From positions 682,001 through 746,000 of the forward strand of contig CM068775.1 of NCBI GenBank assembly GCA_035084275.1: a DNA stretch of 64,000 nt, written 5' to 3'. The first letter of the stretch is position 1; every line of letters begins with the position of its first letter. Source of the DNA: Hydrolagus colliei (lineage: Eukaryota). This document shows positions 1-13,700 of this stretch, piece after piece. The translations under genes were made by a program, and so were the position numbers. Under the pieces are notes generated by a model, which ran no database searches, was not told where the DNA came from, and saw nothing but the letters and a program-made list of their open reading frames with translations.

Positions 1-11
1 TGGAATTCCTG
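1..11 (+). CDS. 3' end of coding exon 1 of the GPR139-like GPCR (..G-I-P-G/V, phase-1 donor at 12-13)
   Basis: (T)GGA ATT CCT G|GTAATT; near-identical to the paralogous exon end at 46586-46600 (..IYYPILVAF*IP G|GTAATT); phase matches the acceptor at 2455. Confidence 0.75.
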
Positions 12-659
12 GTAATTCTATTTGTTTTCATGTAATGCCAATCGCGAATAGATGAGTTCAATTGGCACTTGATATAGTGCCTTATCATGGCTTCTGGAAA
101 TCTCAAATTAGAAATCTCAAAGCAATTCAAAGAATATCTGGTAAATTGAAATAACTGTTGGTGAAAGGCGACAGCTATGGTAATTGTGAGTTTCCGTGTC
201 TACAAATTATCATGCATTGAACTGATCAATTTTATGATCGTTTAACAATGGATTATTTATTACCAGTGGTGGAGTAATGAAACTTACTGAAGGTTTGCCC
301 TGACCTGCCTAAAATCAAACCCAGGAGAATCGCTTCAGGACTCGGTGAATGCTCTAATCACTCAGCTACAGACTTGGCTACAGAAATGGGGATAACCAAG
401 GCTGTGAATCTAAATGTATAACTTGATCTGAGACCTGGTGCAGACTCAAAGAACCAAAATATCTCAGTTCTCTAGTAAATATATGTGATTACATAATAAC
501 TTTTCTGAATTCAATAAAACAGAATAAAAAATGGACGCAGAATTTGTAGCTTTTACCCTAGCTGAGTTATTCAGAGAAGGCACTGATTAATTGTACTATA
601 ATATTTTTGAACCATTTTGCTGGGATTTGAATATTACAAGAAGAGCAAAATTACATTGA

Positions 660-2220
660 TTCAGATCCTTTCATAATGGGAGGTCGTCCCAAGGCACTAA
701 ACAGTTCGATCAGGACTTGAGCAAGGGAGAGCAGCAGGGAGGATTGGAAGGACCTGAAAGTGAGGATGAGGATCCTGAATTCTGGGGATGGTAAGCCAAT
801 GGAGCCGGGTAAGGTTGAAATGCAGTCACAGAGCTTGATATGGATGAGGACATGAGCTGCAGAGTTCTGGATGATCTGCAGATTATGGAAAGAAGAGGCA
901 GAAAGGGTGATGAGGAGGGAGTTTCCATAGTCGAGCCTTGTTGTGATGAATGTGTGGACAACGGTTTTGGAAGACTGAGGTGTGAGGCAGTGGCAGAGTC
1001 TAGTCATGTTGAGAAGGTGGTGGAAGCAGCAGTGTTCATAGCGAAATATACGCTTCTGATTGGCTTTGTGAGGTGGAGAGTGCAGACTTGGATGCTGATG
1101 TTGCCAGTGCCTGAGGTGCAGAGCTGCTGATGTGAGCCAATCAAGAGGGCATCAGTCTTGCCGACATTCAACTGGAGAAAGTTGTCTTTTGTCCCAAACT
1201 CGTTGACACACCAGCACAACTTCAGGATGCTGGTAGTACTGGATTTGAGGGTGGAAGCAGAAAGGTAGAGCATAAGAAGTAGGAGCAGGATTAGGCCATT
1301 CGGCCCTTCAATCCTGCCCCACCATTCAATCATGGCTGATATTCCTTTCTAACTCAAGCTACCTGCTTTATCCCCATACCCCTTAATTCCTTTATTAGAG
1401 TTGGGTTTCATCCGCACACATGTGGAAATTTATCCCATGTCTGCAGATGATGTCACAGAGGGGGTGCAGAGAAGAGGACTAAGGACAGAGTCCTGAGGAA
1501 CGCCGCATGAGACAATGCAGGGGCGAGAGGAAAAGCCATTGGTGTAGGCGGTGTGAAAGATAGGACCGGAAAGAGTAAAGGACAGATCCTTGAAAGTTCA
1601 CATGGGAGGAGAGGTGGTGGATGATTGAGTGGTCAGGATATAATTTGTGACCATGACCAGAGCAGTTTCCGTGGTGTAGGCAGCAAGGAACCCCAATTGG
1701 AGGGGATCATGGAGGTAGTTGATGAGAGAAAGCAGGGAATCAGTGAGGCAACGACCATTTCAAGGACATTCATGGAGGATCTAGCGCTGATGACAGAGGA
1801 TGGGGAGACAGGTTCGAATGTGTGGAAGGAGGGATAGCGAGATATTGGGATGCGTGGAATTTGGAAGGGTGATAACAGTTAGGTGCATTCCCTCAATTTT
1901 GGACTTGAAAAAATCCAGCATCTCCTCACAGTGGGAGCATGAGGAGAGGATCTGAGAGGTGTGATGGGTAATGGTGGAGGAGCCAGTTTGTTATGGAGAA
2001 CAGGAACTTGTGGTTGTCCTTCACCTCCAGGATTATTCTGGAGTAGAAGTACGATTTGGTGGAGACCAGAGCAGAGAGGCAGTTATTGATGTGGTCCACC
2101 CAGATATGCTAGTGGACCATTAGACCAGATTTGAGCCAGGTGTGTTCAGCGGCCAGCACCTGGCCTTTGAGCAGCAGGAGGTAGCTGGTGAACTAGGGTG
2201 AGGTTTGAGAGTAAAACGTT
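660..2220 (-). mobile_element. Decayed L2 LINE fragments, with a short CR1 3' tail at ~1265-1390, inside the GPCR intron
   Basis: Minus-strand ORFs with L2 RT C-terminal motifs ([32 protein letters not shown]); CR1 tail cataagaagtaggagcaggattaggccattcggccc. Confidence 0.8.
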
Positions 2221-2455
2221 GGAAAGTAATCAGGAGAAATAATTTTGCTGATTGTTTAATGCAGGCTACCTTACAACAAGGCCACAATTCGAACCTGTAC
2301 GAAAGGGTTTGCTAAAGGTTTGAGATATGGACCATGTTCTAAATAAATTGATAAATTCAAAGAATAAACAACCAAATATGACACACCCTTAAAACTCCTC
2401 ATATCACACCTTTATTCATGTGAATAATTTTTCCTATTTTCCTTCTTTCACACAG

Positions 2456-3423
2456 TTAATTTCCTGGCAATTGTTATCCTGTCAAGAGGAAACTGTGGCC
2501 TCTCAAAGTGCGTCACTCGCTATCTGGTGGCCATGGCAGCCGCGGATCTCCTGGTTGTCCTCGTGGATGTGTTGTTAAACAAAATTAACAATCTGTATTT
2601 CCCATTAAATTTCTTATTCTACACTCCAGTGTGTAGTGTTAGAGTTGCAGTGGTGAATGCAGCAATGTTCATGTCTTTGTGGTTCACTGTTGCTTTCAGT
2701 TTTGACCGATTTGTCGTCATTTGCTGCCAAAAGCTGAAACCAACATATTGCACGGAGAGAACGGCCACAGTGGTTATTGTAACTCTGTCTGTTTTTTGCT
2801 GCTCAGTCAGCATTCCCTGTTACTTTATATTTGATCCTATGGTGATAGTTAACAATACCCCATGGTACTGCCTCTTCAAACCAAGCATTTCCATTTTGCT
2901 CACCTGGAAATTATACGAAAGGTTTATCCGTGTTTTGAATCCACTGATTGTGTTTGCTTTGATTTGCCTGTTCAACGCTGTGATTATCAGACACATTCTG
3001 ATGGCCAGTAAAGTCCGCAGGAGGCTTCGGGGTCAGAGAAATGCCGAGAAAACAATTGATCCCGAGTTGGAAAACCGAAGAAAATCCATAATTTTACTGT
3101 TCGCCATATCAGGCAGTTTTATAATTTTGTGGACAACTTATGTTCTACATTCTTTCATATGGCAACTTTCCAATTATAATTATAGTGAAACATTGATCAA
3201 TAACACCCGATATATTGTCCAAGAAACCGGAACCATGCTGCAAAGGTTGAGTTGCTGTACAAACACCTTTATATATGCATTAACTCAGACTAAGTTCAGA
3301 GAGGAGTTTAGGAAAGGGTTAGTTTATCCCTTTCATATCATTGCTAAATTAATGATAAAACATCAGCAACACAAGGAAGGAAAGAAATTGGCCACAAACA
3401 CGGTTCAACTTCAGCAACATTAG
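2456..3423 (+). CDS. Class A GPCR, GPR139/GPR142-like family, main coding exon (TM1 end to C-terminus)
   Basis: Acceptor ccttctttcacacag|TT AAT TTC CTG gives (V)NFLAIVILSRGNCGLSKCVTRYLVAMAAADLL, continuing into ORF 2527-3423. Motifs: TM2 AxxDL, TM3 SFDRF (DRY variant), NTFIY (NPxxY variant), helix 8 FREEF. No disruptions. Confidence 0.88.
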
Positions 3424-5286
3424 TGACTATCTTCACAAACAGGGAAACCTTCCAACATTATGTGCAGATATCAATGATTCACAGTTTCCTTTCAAATGTT
3501 GTAACTGTCTGTAAAGTGTAAATTCCTGCTCCATGAAACATTAAAAGTGAACTTTTCTTGAATTGGTGAAGGAATGTTTGATTGTGTATTCAATGAGGCT
3601 TTCCATCACACACATAATATGTACATTGCTGCCGTCCAAATAATTGCTGGTATTATACATTTATTACACTTCAAGTCAGGGGGATGTCCCAAGGCACTAA
3701 GTAGTGGCGGATTCATCCTGCGCTTTGTGATTGGGGAATATATTGATTGGGAAGCAATTTATTTGTAGTATATGTATAACTACTGGAAAATAAATAACAT
3801 TGATTGAGTTCTGATAACAACTATATGGCCGTCCATGACTTGCCCATCCTCATGAGATATTGGGCTGGACAGAGAACAATATTCCGAGTCACAAGAGCAC
3901 ATGATGCGAGATTTCCACCAATATCTGTGATGAAGGTGATGTGTCCATTCGCTACAGAGCTCGGGCTGTCAAAGTCAAACACTGCCAAATATTTATTAAA
4001 CAATAAAACACATGGAACTCAAGATCCCCTGAAGTTGTTGGGTCCTGTAGCATAGTGATTGGATAACAGAACGAGCAAGCAAGAGGACTCAGCTTCAATT
4101 GCCAGGCCAGATAATAATTGGACAATTTTTCATACTCCGAACACCTCTGTTTACCTAGCAGTGAGAAGTAACCCTTCTGTTGGTCGATCACTTTTCTGGG
4201 TTAATAATGCCTTCCACAGAAACAATATGAATAATTATGTGATTACTCAATCCCTAACTGTTTGTGGGACACTTGTTGTGTGTGATCAGCTACTATGGTT
4301 CACTCACAAAATACACAGTTAATTCACTTTAGAGTAGTGAAGCACTATGGGTCATCTCGAAGGTGATATATAACATGCAAGGAATATTATTATTATTGTC
4401 ATTGATACATAAGTCATCTTGCTGTCAATATCACAATTACTTTGATTGTTGATGTGTTGGTTTTATCCGCAAAATATGGAAAATTGAGGATATTAGGAGG
4501 GAACAGACAGGCTGATGAAATGGGCAAACAGACGGCAGATAAAATTTAATGCAGAGAAGTGTAAAGTGATGCCTTTTGTTAAGTATATTAATAGCGATGC
4601 AATATAATCCAATAAATACAACTTTAATGGTTGCAGAGATTTAAAATTTTACAATCTTAATGCAACAGATATACCTGTGAGTTCAGAAACATTTGGTCAC
4701 CCTCATGTGCCTACATCCCCCCCCTGTAAACCACTCCTGTACGTTTTTGTTGTTTTTGATGTTTTCCGATTTCTGGAATGTATGAGGTGACAGTTGACAA
4801 GAACCAAGGCTGGGCTCACTAGAGTGTGTGTTGGGATAGTGCTGGACACTAATCAGCTAAAACAGCAAAGTTTGTCATTGGTATGTATCACTGTCTGGCA
4901 AACGTTGCCTCTGGTACTGCAGAAACAACCAGTTAACAGGGCTGAGCAGGATGACTCCAATCCCCCAGTAATGCTCTGCCCTTCCAGGTCCTGCTGATCA
5001 GGCAGAGACTGGCTGTTCCATCGTCAGCAGTGAGAGCCTGAAAATACTGCAGACATTCCCAGCTCAGGAACCAGACATCCCAGACTCCTAACAGCTGCTG
5101 TGTAAATCGTAGGTTTCTGGAAGGGAAAATCAAACTATCACAGAACATTCTCAAATAGGGAAACCAGACCATGGCAGTTAAATGCTTGGATCACACTGAG
5201 GTAAATGTGACTATTTTAAACCTCATATAGGAATACAAAGACTTCACTTCAGTTATCTTTCCCCTCCAAAGCTCATTCACATCCAA

Positions 5287-6600
5287 TTGCCAGTTCTGGT
5301 TAAGGTTACAAATGACATCCTAACCGCCTGTGACCAGGGCTCCCTTTGCCTGCTCGTCCTCCTTGACTTGTCTGCTGCGTTCGACACAGTCGATCACATC
5401 CTCCTCCTCCAACGTCTTTCCTCCCACCTCAACCTTCAAGGCGCAGTACTTGACTGGGTCCATTCCTACCTGACCCACCGTTTACACTTTGTATCTTCCA
5501 ATGGTTTTTCTTCAAACCCCCGCAGTTTCTCACAGCGTCCCTCAGGGCTGTGTCCTCGGTCCCCTCCTTTTCACCATTTACACGCTCCCTCTGGGCGCTG
5601 TCATCCGCAAACATGGGGTAAATTTCCACATGTATGTGGACGACACCCAGCTGTACCTTTCTGCCTCATCACTCAACCCCAGACCATCGATGTTCTGACA
5701 GCATGTCTGTCCGACATTGAGTCCTGGACGAGGGACAACTTCCTGCAATTGAACGTGAGTAAGACCGAGGCCCTCCTGATCGGCTCAAGCCAGCGCCTCC
5801 GCACATCGGGCGCTGCCATCCTCAACATCCAAGGCTGCACTCTCCACCTCACAAAGCCAGTCAGTAACCTCGGCATCATGTTCGATCATAAACTCTCCTT
5901 CCTCCCCCACATCCGCGCCTTGACCGGCACCGCTTACTTCCACCTGCGCAACATTGCCAGGCTCCGTAACTATCTCACCCCCCGCGCTGCCGAAACACTC
6001 GTGCACGCATACATCACCTCACGGCTGGACTACGGAAACTCTCTCCTCGTCGGCCTCCCCAGTTCCTCCATTCACAGGCTGCAGGTCATCCAAAACTCTG
6101 CAGCCCATGTATTATCCTCCGCGACCATATAACCCCCACCCTCGCCCGTCTCCACTGGCTCCCCATCCTCCAGAGGATCGAATTCAAGATCCTCGTCCTC
6201 ACCTTCAAGGCCTTCCATGGCCTTGCCCCACCCTAGTTAACCAATTTACTCTCCCCCTACAAGCCCACCCAGACCCTCCGTTCAGCAGGTCTTGGCTTGC
6301 TCCAAGCCCCCCGCCTGAACCGCCCCACCATCAGTTTTTCTGCTCCGACTTTATGGAATTCCATCCCCCAATCCCTCCGTCTTGTTTCTTCCCTTTCCTC
6401 TTGCAAGGCCGGTTTGAAGACTTTCCTCTTCGACCGTGCCTTTTGTTCCACCCCGAATTTTTCGACCTCCCCTACATGTTTCACCCCTTCCCGTACACTC
6501 CCCTCCGAGCTCGGGTCATACGCCTCATGTGCAGCGCCTTGGGACGTCCTCCCGACGTGAAAGGCGCTTTATAAGTGTCATTTGTTGTTGTTGGTGGTGG
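5287..6600 (+). mobile_element. 5'-truncated L2 LINE (RT 3' half and 3' UTR/tail), frameshifted
   Basis: LLDLSAAFDTVDH, (VP)[33 protein letters not shown]; tail gtgaaaggcgctttataag..(ttg)n. Confidence 0.92.
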
Positions 6601-7049
6601 TGTCAAGCCAATATTGTACGCACCGTTTAGATATGAATAGCAGCAGATAAATGTAAATTTGTGTTGTATGAAAATAATTTATATGGAATACAACACTGTG
6701 TAAAGAATGCCTAGTTGATATTCAATCCATAACCTTCTCATCCTCAGGCAGAAAACCCATCTGCCACACTTAAGCCCTTTTTAGTGATGACCTCGAAGCT
6801 GGATTCCGTTGTAAAGAAATGAAAGTAACCAGATGGGATGTGGATGGTAGTGGTTCTTGGACTGGCTTGTTGGTTTTCTTCATGTTTTTCTGATGCATAA
6901 AAAGTTTCATTCATATGTTATTTGGTGTAATATTCCCACCGTATTTGGTGGTCGACAACTCAGGAAAGAACAAACACACTCAGATCAAATGACTGGTTGG
7001 GTGATATTGCGAAAAAAAAATCAAATAATTTCAGTTTAAATTGTACCTA

Positions 7050-8500
7050 GAGGGAGGTGTTTTCACTCACTCAACAACAATGTTACATTTTTATAGTGTC
7101 TTTCACGTTGGCATAATGACCCAAAGCCCTGGACAGTCAGTGTTTCAGACATGAACTGTGTTGGGAAGATGAGTGTGGAAGGAAAAGAAGGGATTTGAGA
7201 TCGGGGATTTACCAATGTGACCATCAGAGAGGAAGGTCTTGAGATGGAACTTGAAGGATGCCAGGAAAATGGGAGAGATGGAGCAATTGTGGGATAGAAT
7301 TGCAGAGGTTGGAGGCAGAGTGGCTGAAGGTTCGTCCACCAATGTTGGGGCAGAAAAATCAAGGAATACAGAGCCCACTGAGTGGAGTGAGCAGGCAGGT
7401 TGGTAGGGGATTAGGAATTCCCAGAGGTAGCGAGGGGCAAGGCAATGGACAGCTTTAAAAGTGAGGACCAGAATCTTGAATTGAATCCTCTGAGTGCTGG
7501 GAAGCAAATGCAGTTGTGTGAGAATGGAGATGGAGTCGCGGAGCTTGTTGTGGTAGAGGACAAATGCTGGATGATAATTTTGCAGACCAATGAGGAGGGT
7601 ACAGTTGGTGGTGGCGGATTGTGAGTGATGAGGCAGAGGGGTAGAGTTGACAGGGAGGTTGTGAATATGGATAAGGGTGTAGAGGTTGAACCCCAGGGAT
7701 GGGTACCTATGGACCTTGTGTGGAGAGTGGGGAATGGGGCAGTCAGAGTGACTGCTGTTGGACAGTCGGAGGCATCTGCCACAGTGTGCTCAATGGAGAC
7801 AATGAAGAGAGGAGCAGAAGGAGGTTGTGGGAAGGTCAAGCAGGGATAGGAATCAGGGCAGTCGGAGATAAAGTAGGGTTGATCGGGAGCAGTGGAGGGT
7901 GGGGACAGGGACGGGAGCATTTTGATGTGGGAGGGGGGTGCAGTGTGGGGTAGGTGTGAAGGGTCAGTGAGGCAGGGTTTGGCCTCTGGGCTGGTGTAGA
8001 TCATAACTGCTGTTTTCTCAGTGAGTCGAGGGCTGGGAAATTCAAATGACGCGGGTAGGATGACATCACACAGCTGCCGGTTTCTGGTTAGTTGAGACCT
8101 CAGTGAGTCGGTGATTGTGGTGATGGTGCTTCAGACCATCCGAGGGTGAATCCCTGGTCATCTGCACGGCCTCGGGCCTCGAGTTGGGTCTTGTGGCCAT
8201 TGAGGTTGAAATCCACAATGTTGAAGTTGCCAAAGCCTCGGGTCCGCCTGGCCACAGGTCCCCCTCACCTGTGATCCGCTTCAGGAGCTGCTTTTGATCT
8301 TGATTCAGGACCCGCTCGACTGTGACCGTGAGCCACGGGACCCACTGGAGGCAACAAGTCTCAGCCGTGCTTCAGGAGACCACACGTGAGGAGGTCACCT
8401 CCGTTCCCATTTCTGGAATTCTGGCCATGAGAGGCCTCAAACCCAAGAGCTCCCAACACCCTGGGTTGAGTTGAATCACCTACGATTGGTGACATGCACT
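7050..8500 (-). mobile_element. Decayed L2-like LINE remnant (3' UTR and more 5' portion)
   Basis: RIQFKILVLTFKAVH motif and L2-type tail near 7070; upstream part degenerate. Confidence 0.6.
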
Positions 8501-8785
8501 GAGATCACAACCACACAGTTTATTTTACTTGTTTTAATGATCATGATCGACCAGCAACTCAGGGGACCCGCCACTTACTTGCCGCCATCCTGTCAAAATA
8601 TAAATGCCAGCTCACACTTCACATCCCGATAAAAGTGAATTCAATATCTCTGCCACCACACTCTGGAAGCCTATCCAGCGATGCCAATCATATAGAAATC
8701 TATAAGATTCTTAAGAAGATTGACACAGTAAGCAGTGTGAGAATGTTTCTCTTGGTTGGAGAATCTACAAACTAGGGAGTGATAG

Positions 8786-9387
8786 TGTCGTGGAATAACT
8801 CACAAAGAGATCAGGTTATTCATGTAAAGCACAAACAGTCATTTAATATATACTAACGGCCGAAAGGAGAAATATCCTCACAGGTCAGATACCCGAGTTG
8901 GTACTTCTAAAGAACTAACAGAAATACAACGGTTTATATCTTATTCGTTTGCACACCGCATGACAGTAGTATAAGCTCCGTTAACCAATTACAGCAATCC
9001 ACCTAATCAATAAAAGTGAATGTGGGAAGAGAGTTGAACTCTATTTACACTAGCCATGGGGTGCAAAAAGGGCAGCATCTATTAAAACAAAACTAGACAA
9101 CCACAAGTTGCTAATTGATAGATTACCATTTTCAAAGAAAGAAGTAAATCGTCTTTAATGATCAGGAAGCAATTGATCACCTAAAGAATAACAAGCAGGG
9201 AATGTCTAATTTACTCAAACACAAGCCTTTCTCCCTTCTTGGTCTGGACTATGTCATACAACTGACGTTTGCTGATACCCCTATTGACCTCTGGAATTTC
9301 TAAGGGAGACTAAGAAACAGCTAACAATGTCCAGGGGAAGCTAAGAAACAGCTAACATGGTTGCCAATGTTTAACATGGTTTCCACA
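8786..9387 (-). repeat. ERV 3' LTR
   Basis: Direct repeat of 16390-16991. Minus strand TGTGGAAACC..CCACGACA; TATAAA at 8933-8938; ATTAAA at 8842-8847; 17-bp U3 direct repeat ctaagaaacagctaaca at 9310-9326 and 9341-9357. Confidence 0.96.
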
Positions 9388-9389
9388 AT

Positions 9390-9400
9390 CTCCCCTTTTT
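9390..9400 (-). promoter_or_regulatory. Polypurine tract (AAAAAGGGGAG), followed by AT and then the LTR
   Basis: Lies immediately 5' of the 3' LTR on the minus strand. Confidence 0.9.
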
Positions 9401-9427
9401 GTCCTCCTAAGGACAAATATAGTAAGG

Positions 9428-10712
9428 CTAATCAAAATTAATAGCAGCTAGCCGAGCAGCTTCTTGTTCAATAGAATCCTTATCTAGATCGAATTCTCCA
9501 GGGTAGGATAACGATAGTAATGGAAGGAGGGCAGGGACATTTAAGTTTGGAGGTCTAAACATTTGAGCACACAAACAGCGGAAGCACATGACACAAGCAT
9601 ATATCAAAACAAAAGCACAAATAATTATTATGAAACCTTGGACAAAAGTACCGCCAAGACCTCCAAACCAAGTGTACCAAGAGGTAGACCCAGTAGAGTG
9701 TAAACTGTTAACAGCAGATCGAATATGGGTGATTAGATAAGTAATGTTCTCTGAGGAATCAGGGATATAGGTGCAACATTCAGTACCTATTAAGGCACAC
9801 GTGCCGCCTTGTTTGGCCAATAAAAAATCAAGGGCCATTCTATTTTGGAGGGTGGTCGTCCGAATGGCCATTAATTCAGCACTAAGCTGTTCTAGGGCAG
9901 TCGCAGTGTCATTTGCAATTTGTTCCAATAGGGAAGATACTTTATTTACTTCTATTTGAGATTGAATTGTTCCAGAGAATGGGACAAAGGCAGAAGCAAT
10001 CATTTCCCATGTAGAAATAGATCTACGGAACTTCTGGGAAGGCAAGGCAGGTAAACTTTGCAAATGACGAACTTGTGGGATCACATAAGCCAAATAACAG
10101 GACCCAACCCAAGGGGCAACCAGGGATAGGCTTTTTGCCCACAAACAAAATAAGTGCCATTATAAGACACTGCTCGAAGGTCATCTTTCCAAATCATTAA
10201 ACTAGGGCCCGACCATCGAAGTCCACTTGTTATATTAGGCAACCCAGTAAGATTAAATATACCGAAGATAGGCCAGATATCAGTGTTATCCTTACTCACT
10301 GTGATCGTACCTATGGAAATATGGTATGAACAAAGACTGTTACCCATAAAAAGACCATGTAGTGAAGGTCGTACAAAGCAGACATGACCTAGAGTTACTT
10401 CGGTACCTTTATTTCGAGGGATAATCAAAAATGGAGGTAAATGACTTCTATTGAATAGGGGTTACATTTTTTAAATTGATAGAGCATCCATTCAACCGTT
10501 TCTGACAAATCAAAAGGGACTGATTGTACAGGAATGCCTCCTTTTGAATGGAGAGGGATATGTGAGCATACCCAACAAGCTGATTGTCCTGTGCGGTTTG
10601 CAAAAACGTATGACATGTACAAATATGTATTAGCATGAACAGAAATACGGGGTTTTACACTTAATAACTGAGTAGAACATACTAAAAGGCAATAATATAG
10701 ATTCAACATCAT
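9428..10712 (-). pseudogene. env: ERV env (gamma-type SU/TM), two frameshifts (~10460, ~10110)
   Basis: Signal peptide MMLNLYYCLLVCS; CWVC (CxxC); furin site KFRR; ISD LQNRMALDFLLAKQGGTC; CX6CC (CALIGTECC); TM helix FVQGFIIIICAFVLIYAC. ATG directly follows the pol TGA. Confidence 0.93.
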
Positions 10713-13700
10713 TCAACCAGTAAAAGGTGCTGGCTTGACGTGAGTGGCGTGAATCCAAGTATTTTGTCCTTTACACTTGACAGCAGTATGGGTTGTCAAC
10801 AGGACAAGGTATGGTCCTTCCCACCGGGGCTCCAGGCAATTCTTCCTTCGAAAGACCTTTATGTAGACGTGATCACCAGGAGTGTAATCGTGACAGGCGT
10901 CTTCAGTCGGTTTCTGCTGGGCAGCCACTACCCTGCGTGTGGAAAGTTCTAAAAGACTTCGTTAGAGCTACACAATAAGATAACAAAGCTTCATCCATAG
11001 CATGGAGAACCATTTGTCTAGTTGTTAATGGGGCGCTTATCGGTAGTCGTAAAGGACGACCCATAACTATCTCATGAGGAGATAGACCAGTTAATCTGTT
11101 AGGATTTGAACGCATGAGCATCAATGCAACCGGTAAGGCTTCTGGCCATTTCATACCCGTTTCAGCGCATAATTTAGCAATCTTATTCTTCAAAATCCCA
11201 TTATGTCGCTCCACTGCACCTGTAGACTGTGGATGATAGGGACAAGAAAAATGCTGTGTACACTGTAAGGCTCTAAGCAATTCTTTAATGATAGTGCCGG
11301 TGAAGTGAGGTCCATTGTCACTGGATAAACGCTCTGGCTCCAAACCTAGGAACAAAATCTTTAAGTAGAATCTTAGCCACTGTTATTGCATCATGTTTCG
11401 TGGTAGGGTCGGCTTCTACCCATCGAGAGAAAACATCCAAAATGACTGAAACATAAGTAAAACCCATACATGTAGGCATGTGAATAAAATCCATTTGTAA
11501 ATGGATAAAAGGTCCCCAAGGCTGCGGCTGTGATGCCGGCTGCACAGTCGGAGTCTTACCCGCATTATATTTATTACATATAACACACTGCGTACTAATT
11601 TTCACAGCCAGTTTAGCAAATCCAGGCGCATACCAAGATTGCTGAATAATGCTTAACATTCCCCCTTTGCCCGCGTGTGTATACACATGACACATATGGG
11701 CACAGCCAGGGCAACAGGCTCTTTGGGGCAACCACGCGGCCGTCGTGGGATACCCAGAGACCTGACTCGAGTTGAGAGCATCCTGCAGCCTTCCAGAGAG
11801 CAACCTCTTCAGAGGGTGACTCAGCCTGGGAATGTAGGAGAGATGACAAGGGAGAAAGATTAGACGTAGGTTTAGCAACACATAATTTTACCATAACCCC
11901 TGCATTACCATGCACAGCTGCTTTTGCGGCACGGTCAGCACGGATATTACCAAGAGAGATATCATCTATACCGGTGGTATGGGCGGCACATTTAATAATT
12001 GAAATAGATGAAGGTAACTGAAGAGCTTTTAAAAGATTATAAATCAATTGTCCATGTTTAACCGTAGTCCCAGAAGAGGTAAGGAAACCACGGGATTGCC
12101 AAATAATAGCAAAATCGTGAGCTGTTCCAAAGGCATAACGAGAGTCAGTATAAATGTTAACAGACTGGCCATGGGCTACAATACATGCTCGGGTTAAAGC
12201 AAATAATTCAGCAGCCTGGGCAGAACATGTTGAAGGCAGTTGGCCTGATTCCAGAGTTGCGGTGGGAGAACAAATCGAATAACCGACTTTGGCCGGTTTC
12301 GGAACGCGAGCAGGATCCATCAGTAAAGAGCTCTAAATCAACGTTTTGTTGAGCATAGTCCCGTAAATCTGGACGAGGCAGTGAGACCGTCTGGGTTATA
12401 AGTTCACAATCGTGTGGTTCACCGTCGTCTTCAGTGGGTAAAAGATCAGCAGGATTGAGATTGGTACAGCGAAGAATAGTAAGAGAAGGTTCAGAAAGAA
12501 GAATAGCTTCGTACTTAGTAGTTCGAGCAGCCGTAAGATGTTGAGTCACAGAACGAGTTAATAAACAGACAACAGAGTGAGGCACATGAAGAGACAAAGG
12601 GTGACCGAGAACCAAGGGTTGACAGGAAACTACAGCATGATAAACAGCCGCAACAGCCTTTAAACACCCAGGGAGCGCCTGTGCTACTGGATCAAGACGA
12701 ACGCTAAAATAAGAGATTGGTCTGTGGCGGTCACCATGTAACTGAGTCAAAACGGATTGAGAGAAACCCCGCTTTTCATTAGCAAAAAGATGAAATGGTT
12801 TCTCATAATTAGGTAACCCTAAAGCTGGTGCACTTGTAAGAGCAATTTTGAGGGATGAGAACGCTAAGTTCGCGTTTTCAGACCAGGTTACTTCATCTGA
12901 GGCGGAAGGCAGTGCCAAATCTTGGAGAGGGCGAGTAAGTTCAGCATAGGAAGGAATCCACTGCCGACAATAGCCAGTCATTCCAAGAAAATGCACAAGC
13001 TGTCTTTTATTCATCGGTCGAGGCAATGATGTAATGGACAGAACACGCTTTTCAGATAGCGAACGAGTGTGCTCACTTAAAACATGTCCAAGATACTGAA
13101 CACTAGGCTGACATAATTGAACTTTAGATTTCGAAACTTTATGTCCTTTACGGGCCAGTGCTTGGAGGAGAAGGATGGTGTCTGATTCAGAAGAAGCCTG
13201 TGAGGGTGATGCAAGAAGCAAATCATCAACATACTGAATCAGCACCGAACCTCCAGGAAATACAATATCCTGTAAATCTTGCTGAAGAATGCGAGAGAAA
13301 ATTGTAGGGCTTTCAGTGTATCCCTGTGGCAACCTTGTCCACGTATATTGTTTACCCTGATATGTAAAAGCAAACAAATATTGGGAGTCAGGATGTAGGG
13401 GAACAGAAAAGAAAGCGCCGCAAAGATCGATGACAGAATAATATTTAGTACAGGGAGGAATACAACTTAATATAGTCGCAGGGTGAGGAACAACAGGAAA
13501 AGCTGGTACCACTGCTGCATTTACCGCACGTAAATCTTGCACGAACCGCCATGTATTTCTTCCCGGTTTCTTGATGGGTAAAATAGGAGTATTACATGGA
13601 CTTACGGTTGGGATGATCACACCTTGTTGCAAAAGGTCCTGAATAACTGATTGGATTCCCAATGAAGCTTGCGGGCTTAACGGATATTGCTGTCGTCGGG